Assembly: GCA_001769505.1 (NCBI GenBank)
Contig: MEOF01000019.1
Coordinates: 68,159 to 132,158 of the forward strand
DNA: 64,000 bases
Source of the DNA: Bacteroidetes bacterium GWF2_33_38
Lineage (GTDB): Bacteria; Bacteroidota; Bacteroidia; Bacteroidales; GWF2-33-38
Reading direction: 5' to 3'
Shown: positions 28,195 through 34,848 of the stretch, one piece after another
Position numbering within the stretch: position 1 is the stretch's first letter
Layout of the letters: each line of letters starts with the position of its first letter
Made by a program: the position numbers and the translations under genes
Notes under the pieces: model-generated
The model's input: only the letters and a program-made list of their open reading frames with translations
What the model was told of the DNA's origin: nothing
The model's database searches: none

Positions 28195-29406
28195 ATGAGA
28201 ACAGTTATAACATTACTCTTAATTCTTTCAACTTTAATTAGTTTTAGTCAAACAGCTAAAAATTTTGAAGAATGGAAAAAATATTTCAAAGACAATATCT
28301 CAAATATCGACAATATCGAAGGAATCTATAAAACAACTTGGTATACTATAACATACTATGATAATGAATTGCTTTCTAAAACTGCTGACAATACAATGGA
28401 GATTTTCGGACCTTATACCGTTGTTGTCAAAATTAGTGAAGGAGAATATATGACTTATATGGTAAGTATTGGTGGTAGTGCTGAACAGTATAAAATCTCG
28501 CAAACATATTTAAGTAATAAATTCATTAAGAAAAACGATAAGCCAACAGGAACCTATTGGGATAACCCACAAATTAACTATTCTGATGGTCAATTCAATT
28601 TCATACATAACATTAATTCTGAGGAGATATTAAATGATTATATCCGAATAAATAATGAAAGTCGGAACAGATCAGATATGTCAACATTGCAAATGATGAC
28701 TTCTCGTACAAAAAGAATAGTCGAAATAGAAATGTTAAAAATATACCCAACTAAAGAAATGATAATAAAATCATTAGAAGAAAATAAATCGGTTACCGGC
28801 ACAGGTTTTGCAATTTCTTCGAATGGAATAATTGTTACCAACTATCATGTTATTGAAAATGCAAAAGAAATAAAAATTAGAGGTGTAAATTCCGACTTTA
28901 ATAAAACATATATAGCAAAAGTTCTTAATTCAGATAAGAATAATGATATATCTTTACTTAAAATAGAAGATAATAATCTTGATTTAGGAATAATCCCTTT
29001 TGTTATTAAAACAGAACTTTCAGAAGTCGGAGAAAATGTTTATGTATTAGGTTATCCTTTACTTGCGTCAATGGGTGATGAAATTAAATTAACAAGTGGA
29101 ATAATAAGTTCTAGAACGGGTTTTCAAGGAGACATCACTTCTTATCAAATTTCAGCACCAGTACAACCTGGTAATAGTGGAGGTCCCGTATTTGATAGTA
29201 ACGCAAATATTATTGGAATTATAAATGCTAAACATACTGGTGCAGAAAACGCTTCATATTCAATCAAAGCAAATTACATTATGAACCTTATAGAATTGCT
29301 ACCTCAAAAGCCAACGTTGCAATCATCCAATTTATTAATCAACCTGCCTTTAACAAAGCAAGTTGAAAAATTAAAGAATTATGTGTTTATCATCGAAGTC
29401 AATTGA
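28195..29406 (+). CDS. Secreted trypsin-like serine protease (S1C/PF13365-type) with an unrecognised N-terminal domain of about 200 aa
   Basis: The signal peptide is MRTVITLLLILSTLISFSQT. The catalytic triad contexts are TNYHVIEN, NNDISLLKI and GNSGGPVFD. The track ORF starts at an upstream TTG. Confidence 0.75.
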   Translation: MRTVITLLLILSTLISFSQTAKNFEEWKKYFKDNISNIDNIEGIYKTTWYTITYYDNELLSKTADNTMEIFGPYTVVVKISEGEYMTYMVSIGGSAEQYKISQTYLSNKFIKKNDKPTGTYWDNPQINYSDGQFNFIHNINSEEILNDYIRINNESRNRSDMSTLQMMTSRTKRIVEIEMLKIYPTKEMIIKSLEENKSVTGTGFAISSNGIIVTNYHVIENAKEIKIRGVNSDFNKTYIAKVLNSDKNNDISLLKIEDNNLDLGIIPFVIKTELSEVGENVYVLGYPLLASMGDEIKLTSGIISSRTGFQGDITSYQISAPVQPGNSGGPVFDSNANIIGIINAKHTGAENASYSIKANYIMNLIELLPQKPTLQSSNLLINLPLTKQVEKLKNYVFIIEVN

Positions 29407-29421
29407 ATTTAATAAATAAGA

Positions 29422-29751
29422 GTGAAAAAATATTTTGAATACGTTAATTTTGAGCTGCTTAACAAGTTTTGTCAAGTTAAGCAACTTATAAAAAAGCACA
29501 ATCCAACAATTGAGACTTTGACAGAAGAAATTTTAAGGGCTTTTCTTAAAAATTATTTGCCCAGAAGAGTTAGTATTGAACAAGGCTTTATTCTTTCAAA
29601 GGATGGAGAAATGTCTCGACAATGTAACATTCTCATATATGACTCAAATTTATTTGCTCCGTTTTATAGAATAAATGATATTGTCATTGTTCCATCAGAA
29701 TCTGTCAAAAAATCGCCTGCAATCCCTTACTGGCCTTACCGACAACGTTAG
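29422..29751 (+). pseudogene. 3'-truncated DUF6602-like (PD-(D/E)xK-type) gene remnant
   Basis: LRAFLKNYLPRRVSIEQGFILSKDGEMSRQCNILIYDSNLFAPFYRINDIVIVPSESV matches my memory of the DUF6602 N-terminal half (..FL..yLP....v..G.v.d..G..S.Q.DivIyD...P......PvEsV). The reading frame then runs into a GC-rich element (KKSPAIPYWPYRQR*) instead of the expected xxIEVKS. The start is GTG. Family assignment is from memory. Confidence 0.55.
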
Positions 29752-29753
29752 GC
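29714..29753 (+). repeat. GC-rich element A upstream of the DUF3800 gene, ending in the attC-core-like GTTAGGC
   Basis: The sequence is GCCTGCAATCCCTTACTGGCCTTACCGACAACGTTAGGC. It contains the hairpin GCCTTAC/GTTAGGC (29733-29753) and a CCTTAC direct repeat. It aligns by hand to element B (31611-31646). Confidence 0.5.
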
Positions 29754-29770
29754 AAAGTTGAACAAAATTG

Positions 29771-30526
29771 ATGAAAACAAATTACTTTTACATTGATGAA
29801 ACTGGACATATTAACAATGATGAACCGATATTTGCTTATGGTTGTATTAAAACTGATACGCCTAAATTAATTGAAAAAGTATTAGAAGAATTAAAAGAGG
29901 AATTAGCAGAAGACTCTTTATTGGCAAAATTTGGAGAAAAAATATTAAAAAACAACTTTCACGCAACAGAAGACCATTTTGATGCAAGGACACAATTTTA
30001 CAGAATATTACCATTACTTAATTATAGAGCCTATTTTATAGTTTTATTTAAAAATGATGATTATTTCAAAAGGTTGAAAAAAGAAAATGCAGACCATGAA
30101 ATAATCAAATCAATGTTACTTAAAATAATTAAGCCCAGAATCACAAGAAATAGGGGTGATAAAAATGTTTTTTATATTGAGACACTAGAAGTTCAAAATA
30201 AATCATTAAAAGCAATTGTTGAAGAAATTTTCAATATCTTTAAAGATGATTATAATGTTGAGTACTCTATTGTAGACAAACATTGTCAAAATATGCCCAT
30301 AGTCGATTATTTATGTTTTATCTTAAATAAAATTTTTGTACAAAAGGAAAATGAAAATAAGACTATTGATGAATGGGTTACGAGAACATTTGAAACACTA
30401 CAGGATAAAATTGCATTGATTCATTTTCTAAATGAAGATAGTTTTTTCAGTAGACAAGCACCTAAAGACAAACAAATTGAACTAAACAATCTAAAATTAA
30501 AAAGGCAGTGTATTAAGGATAAATAA
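29771..30526 (+). CDS. DUF3800-domain protein (candidate retron effector)
   Basis: The N-terminal YFYIDETGHI resembles the DUF3800 hallmark (y.iDESG). The C-terminal MPIVDYLCFILNKIF resembles the family LQ.AD..a motif. It lies 23 nt upstream of the RT gene on the same strand. Confidence 0.65.
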   Translation: MKTNYFYIDETGHINNDEPIFAYGCIKTDTPKLIEKVLEELKEELAEDSLLAKFGEKILKNNFHATEDHFDARTQFYRILPLLNYRAYFIVLFKNDDYFKRLKKENADHEIIKSMLLKIIKPRITRNRGDKNVFYIETLEVQNKSLKAIVEEIFNIFKDDYNVEYSIVDKHCQNMPIVDYLCFILNKIFVQKENENKTIDEWVTRTFETLQDKIALIHFLNEDSFFSRQAPKDKQIELNNLKLKRQCIKDK

Positions 30527-30549
30527 TAGGATACGAGTCGTATTCGACA

Positions 30550-31584
30550 ATGAAACAAATCAATTCTTCTTACCTTAATCACTGCTATTTTATTATGTCA
30601 CACAAAAAAATAGATACTGTCAAAAAACTTTCAAATTTCCTTAATATTGAAAAAGAAATATTATCGGAATTATCCAAAAATGATTATATCATAATTGAAA
30701 GAAATAATAGTTCAACAGATATATTAAATAATGTTCTAACTGTAGAAAAAATAGAAATTCCTAAAAAAAGTGGCGGATTTAGGGTTGTATATTCTCCATC
30801 TTCAGATAATTTAACTAATTGCTTAAAAGTACTAAACTCAAAACTAAGAAAAATATATGTACCGTCTTCTTGCGTTCATGGCTACATTAAGGGTCGTGGT
30901 ATAAAAACTAATGCTTCTGAACACTTAGGGAAACAATATATTTTAAAAGTTGACATCGAAAATTACTTCGAAAAAATTACAAAAGAAAGGATTATTAAAT
31001 CACTAAATAATTTAGGCTTTCAGAATGAGATAAGCTCTTTAATTGCTAAAATAACAACTCATAATAATGTACTCGTACAGGGATTCCATACAAGTCCTAC
31101 TTTAGCAAATATCATCTTTCATGAATTAGATTTAATATTTTCAAAATTTACAAACGCTAGCTACACAAGGTATGCCGATGACCTATACTTTTCATCAAAA
31201 GAAGAAATTGACATTCTGTCAAAAGTAGAAGAACAACTGTTGAAATTTGGGTTCACAATTAATAAGTCAAAAATAAAATTGATGAAACGAGGTCAAAAAC
31301 AGTATGTTACTGGTTTAACTGTTTTCGATAATAAGAAACCGAGAATATCTAAGAATAAGAAAAAGGAAATTCGTCAACAAATGCACTACATTAATAGGTA
31401 TGGATATAAAGGACATATTATGCACGAATTTGGTATTTCCAATGAAGAGTATTTAAACAATGATGAAATTAAAGAAAACGTGGACTACAAAATTCATGAA
31501 TTAAAAACAAAGATTAAAGGTTGGCTATTATTTATAAACTCAATTGAACCTGAATTTAGTAAAAAATATATTACCCTAAAATAA
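30550..31584 (+). CDS. Retron-type reverse transcriptase
   Basis: RT motifs present: IPKKSGGFRVVYSP (1/2), KVDIENYF (A), VQGFHTSPTLANII (B), YTRYADDLYFS (C) and INKSKIKL (D). The retron-specific signatures are TNASEH (NAxxH) and QYVTGLTV (VTG). An alternative start lies at 30595 (MSHKK). Confidence 0.85.
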   Translation: MKQINSSYLNHCYFIMSHKKIDTVKKLSNFLNIEKEILSELSKNDYIIIERNNSSTDILNNVLTVEKIEIPKKSGGFRVVYSPSSDNLTNCLKVLNSKLRKIYVPSSCVHGYIKGRGIKTNASEHLGKQYILKVDIENYFEKITKERIIKSLNNLGFQNEISSLIAKITTHNNVLVQGFHTSPTLANIIFHELDLIFSKFTNASYTRYADDLYFSSKEEIDILSKVEEQLLKFGFTINKSKIKLMKRGQKQYVTGLTVFDNKKPRISKNKKKEIRQQMHYINRYGYKGHIMHEFGISNEEYLNNDEIKENVDYKIHELKTKIKGWLLFINSIEPEFSKKYITLK

Positions 31585-31588
31585 CTCT

Positions 31589-31646
31589 GCCTAATAAATA
31601 GGAATATGAGCGGTCTGCAAGACCCTGCGGATATTACGAGTTAAGC
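31589..31646 (+). repeat. GC-rich element B: a 58-nt imperfect palindrome just after the RT stop, attC-like (GCCTAAT...GTTAAGC)
   Basis: Pairings seen: 31589-95 with 31640-46, AATAT/ATATT (31603-07 with 31631-35), GC/GC (31610-11 with 31627-28) with a CT bulge, and GGTCT/AGACC (31612-16 with 31620-24) closing a triloop. GTTAAGC fits GTTRRRY. Confidence 0.5.
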
Positions 31647-31742
31647 TACATCGTTTCATTTACAACGCATCAGACATTAAACGAAATATGAATATTTCCA
31701 ATCTTCTACAAAAACCGACCGAACTATTGAAATTAAAAATTG

Positions 31743-31786
31743 TTAATTGAAGATTAAAATTGACATTCCACTTTACAAACTTTTTA
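31743..31786 (+). repeat. Dispersed AT-rich repeats at the right edge of the island
   Basis: TTAATTGAAGATTA (31743-31756) is identical to 21601-21614, the right flank of the four-helix-bundle cassette. ACTTTACAAACTTTTTA (31770-31786) is identical to 18921-18937. Confidence 0.8.
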
Positions 31787-31921
31787 AACTTTCAACTTTA
31801 ATCAGGCTCATCATAAATCGTTGTTCATTATTCGTGAAATGTATTTTTTATTATTAGCACAAAAGATAGCCGAACGAACGATTATCTTTAGACAGCTATT
31901 GTAAAAAAAATATTCTTTAAG

Positions 31922-31929
31922 TATATTTG
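31922..31929 (+). promoter_or_regulatory. Bacteroidota -7 promoter box TATATTTG
   Basis: It matches TAnnTTTG and lies 52 nt upstream of the pfp ATG. Confidence 0.4.
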
Positions 31930-31980
31930 AAAAAATAAAAATCATAAATAACTTAATCATAAAATTAAAAAAATACGAAC

Positions 31981-33240
31981 ATGAGTTTAGAACCAAAAAA
32001 ACTTGCAATTTTAGTCGCAGGCGGACCCGCACCAGGAATTAATAGTGTAATAAGTGCCGCAACCATTCGGTCTATTTTATCAGGGACTCCTGTTGTTGGA
32101 ATACTAGATGGCTTTAAATACATAATGAAAGGCGATATTACCCATATCATAAAAATGAATATTGAAGATGTTAGTCGAATTCATTTTAGAGGAGGTTCGT
32201 TTTTAGGAATTGCTAGAGACAATCCAACAAAAGATCCAAAACACCTAGAGAATACGATTACATCGTTGTTGCGACTAAACGTTACAAAACTGATTACAAT
32301 TGGCGGTGACGATACTGCATATTCGGCATATCGTCTTGAGCAAATGGCGGCTGGAAGAATCACTGTAGTTCATGTTCCAAAAACAATCGACAACGATTTG
32401 GACTTACCTCATGGTATTCCAACTTTTGGATTTCAAACAGCTAGACACGTTGGCGTTGAGATAGTTAAAAATATAATGACCGATGCACAGACTACGTCTC
32501 GTTGGTATTTTGTGATAAGCATGGGACGCAAAGCAGGACATTTAGCTCTTGCAATAGGAAAAGCAACTGGTGCTACTCTAACTCTTATTCCTGAAGAATT
32601 CCCAACTGAAAAAATATCGTTAAAACAAGTTGTTGATATATTAGTTGGTTCAATCATAAAACGATTGAGTTATGGAAAACAAGATGGAGTAGCCGTATTG
32701 GCCGAAGGACTTGTCGAACATATGGATCCTAAGGAGTTAAGTGAACTTGTTCATGTTGAAAAAGACGACCACGACAATATCAGATTAGCAGAAGTGAATT
32801 TTGGTGAAATACTTAAGATTCATGTTCAAAAAAGATTAGTTGAATACGGAATCAAGGTTACCGTTGTTGCTAAAAATATTGGCTATGAATTAAGATGTGC
32901 CGATCCAATTCCGTTTGATATGGAATATTGTCGAGATTTAGGCTATATGGCTTCTAAGTTTTTGCAAGAAGGCGGTAGTGGAGCTTTGGTTTCGATGCAA
33001 AATGGAGATTTTGTGCCGATGTATTTTAAAGATATTTTGGACAAAAATACTGGTCGCATGAAAATCAGAATGGTTAATAAAAAATCACCATCGTACGAGG
33101 TTGCACGACAGTACATGATTCGATTGGTTAAAGACGATTTTAACGATCCGAATGAATTAGCAAAATATGCGGCCACTGCAAATATGTCGTTAGATGATTT
33201 CAGAGAACGATACGAATATTTAGTAAATGAAAATTCGTGA
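31981..33240 (+). CDS. pfp: Pyrophosphate-dependent 6-phosphofructokinase
   Basis: This is a PFK-family protein (GGPAPGIN). The diagnostic residues for PPi rather than ATP dependence are GGDDT (Asp, not Gly) and PKTIDND (Lys, not Gly). Confidence 0.8.
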   Translation: MSLEPKKLAILVAGGPAPGINSVISAATIRSILSGTPVVGILDGFKYIMKGDITHIIKMNIEDVSRIHFRGGSFLGIARDNPTKDPKHLENTITSLLRLNVTKLITIGGDDTAYSAYRLEQMAAGRITVVHVPKTIDNDLDLPHGIPTFGFQTARHVGVEIVKNIMTDAQTTSRWYFVISMGRKAGHLALAIGKATGATLTLIPEEFPTEKISLKQVVDILVGSIIKRLSYGKQDGVAVLAEGLVEHMDPKELSELVHVEKDDHDNIRLAEVNFGEILKIHVQKRLVEYGIKVTVVAKNIGYELRCADPIPFDMEYCRDLGYMASKFLQEGGSGALVSMQNGDFVPMYFKDILDKNTGRMKIRMVNKKSPSYEVARQYMIRLVKDDFNDPNELAKYAATANMSLDDFRERYEYLVNENS

Positions 33241-33273
33241 AAATATCTTTAAAAAATATTATCAAAATAATAA

Positions 33274-33300
33274 AGTCTGCATTTTTGCAGGCTTAATTTC
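33274..33300 (+). terminator. Possible terminator after pfp
   Basis: AGTCTGCA pairs with TGCAGGCT (one G-U pair) around a TTTT loop. The following T-tract is weak. Confidence 0.4.
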
Positions 33301-33308
33301 TATTTATA

Positions 33309-34298
33309 ATGACGATAAGACAAACTTTTGATTCGTTTAATCAGTTTAAAATAGTTGTTATTGGCGATGTTATGATTGATTCATACATGTGGGGAAAAGT
33401 TGATAGAATTTCGCCCGAAGCTCCGATTCCAATTGTTACGATTCAAAATAAAGAAGACCGATTGGGAGGAGCAGCCAATGTTGGACTGAATATTAAATCA
33501 ATGGGAGCTGAACCTATTATTTTAAGTATAATTGGAAACGATAATTATGGCGATATTTTTTTGAAATTGCTTAAACATGAAAAACTATCAACCGAAGGGA
33601 TAATTGAAAGCAAGGAACGAATAACAACCGTAAAAACAAGAATTTTAGGGGGCAACCAGCATTTACTGAGAGTTGACGAAGAAATTACTTGCGATATTTC
33701 GAGTGAATTAGAATTGAAACTAATCAACAGTTTTAAAGAAATAATCGCAAACAATAAAGTCAATGCAATTATATTTGAAGACTACGATAAAGGTGTAATT
33801 ACACAAAAAATAATTTCGGAAATTATTCATTTGTCTAATGAAAGAGCCATCCCTATTTTAGTTGACCCTAAAAAAAATAATTTTTCCTATTACAAAAACA
33901 TTGCTCTTTTAAAACCTAATTTTAAAGAATTCGTGTTTGGCTTAAGTGCAAAAGTTGAGAAAAACGACTTTAATGAAATTAGCCGATTGGCAAATCAATA
34001 CAATAGGGAAAATAGCATCGAAAGCATGTTGATTACGCTCTCCGAAAAAGGAGTCCTTATTGCGAACAAAAATACATATTCTCATTTCGATGCACTCGAA
34101 ATTGATATTGCCGATGTTTCGGGTGCTGGAGATACTGTGATTAGCCTTGCTGCACTTTGTATGGCGGCAAAAATTAACATGGAAAAATTAGCATTTATCG
34201 CAAATGTTGCAGGAAGCCTAGTCTGTGAAAAAGCCGGTGTTGTACAAATTAACAAACAATACTTGTTAGAAACACTTGAAAAGCAAGCCAATGAATAG
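33309..34298 (+). CDS. PfkB-family sugar kinase, RfaE domain I-like (heptose-7-phosphate kinase type)
   Basis: The N-terminus shows VIGDVMIDSYMWGKVDRISPEAPIP, and the C-terminus shows DVSGAGDTVI. The size (about 329 aa) fits. Confidence 0.7.
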   Translation: MTIRQTFDSFNQFKIVVIGDVMIDSYMWGKVDRISPEAPIPIVTIQNKEDRLGGAANVGLNIKSMGAEPIILSIIGNDNYGDIFLKLLKHEKLSTEGIIESKERITTVKTRILGGNQHLLRVDEEITCDISSELELKLINSFKEIIANNKVNAIIFEDYDKGVITQKIISEIIHLSNERAIPILVDPKKNNFSYYKNIALLKPNFKEFVFGLSAKVEKNDFNEISRLANQYNRENSIESMLITLSEKGVLIANKNTYSHFDALEIDIADVSGAGDTVISLAALCMAAKINMEKLAFIANVAGSLVCEKAGVVQINKQYLLETLEKQANE

Positions 34299-34689
34299 TA
34301 ATAATAAATCGTTTAAAGAAAATTTGGATAAATTGATTGATTTATTCAAAAAACTTCGAGATAAAGCGAAAGGAGATGAGTATTCAGGAATAGATAATGG
34401 AATGATTAAGAATCTTGATGCTTTAGTCGAGAATTACGATATGATAAAAGATACTTTTCCTGAAGAAATGATAAATCAAGTTGGCTTACCTATTAAGGAA
34501 ATGATTGAACACGCTATTGAACAATTGAAAGAGGAGCTTGGAGAAATAGACGAATCCAATGAACAAGCTCAAATCGTTGTAAACGAAATATCAGAAATTG
34601 ACCAAATGCTGAAACAGCCTAACCTTTCTAGTTACGAAATCGACGAGTTGTTAGATAAGCGAGCAAAAATGAAAAATAATAATAGTTGA
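34291..34689 (+). CDS. Acidic helical hypothetical protein
   Basis: The ATG overlaps the upstream stop codon (ATGAATAG). No family was recognised. Confidence 0.4.
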   Translation: MNSNNKSFKENLDKLIDLFKKLRDKAKGDEYSGIDNGMIKNLDALVENYDMIKDTFPEEMINQVGLPIKEMIEHAIEQLKEELGEIDESNEQAQIVVNEISEIDQMLKQPNLSSYEIDELLDKRAKMKNNNS

Positions 34690-34701
34690 ATTGTAAATTC
34701 C

Positions 34702-34734
34702 AACTTTGCCAAATTTCCAAACTTTGGCAAAGTT
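34702..34734. repeat. Perfect 12-bp-stem palindrome
   Basis: AACTTTGCCAAA (34702-34713) pairs with TTTGGCAAAGTT (34723-34734) around a 9-nt loop. There is no T-tract on either side. It is preceded by AATTGTAAATT, which is related to the repeat family at 21615-21632. Confidence 0.7.
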
Positions 34735-34767
34735 CTTAAAGAATAAAACTACGAAGCAAAAAAAAAC

Positions 34768-34803
34768 AAAAACCTTCAAGGTTTTCAAAACCTTGGAGGT
34801 TTA
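34768..34803. repeat. Overlapping palindromes (alternative hairpins)
   Basis: In AAAACCTTCAAGGTTTTCAAAACCTTGGAGGTTT, the arms AAAACCTT / AAGGTTTT / AAAACCTT / GGAGGTTT can pair 1-2, 2-3 or 3-4. Confidence 0.6.
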
Positions 34804-34848
34804 AAGGGAATGAAATCGTGAATTGAAAGAAATACGTTAAAACAAAGC

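Noticed and set aside
29456-29483. The 8-bp perfect hairpin TGCTTAAC/GTTAAGCA as the retron msd stem or a complete attC site.
   Set aside because: It is far too short for an msd or an attC (12-nt loop). It lies inside a reading frame that still matches a protein family. It is mentioned only as supporting context in the findings.
31681-31746. The short frame TKYEYFQSSTKTDRTIEIKNC*, whose IEIKN resembles the missing DUF6602 IEVK motif. It might be the displaced 3' half of the truncated gene.
   Set aside because: The frame is only about 20 codons long, ends in the AT-rich repeat, and lacks the expected further C-terminal region of about 100 or more aa. Such a short match is easily produced by chance in AT-rich sequence.
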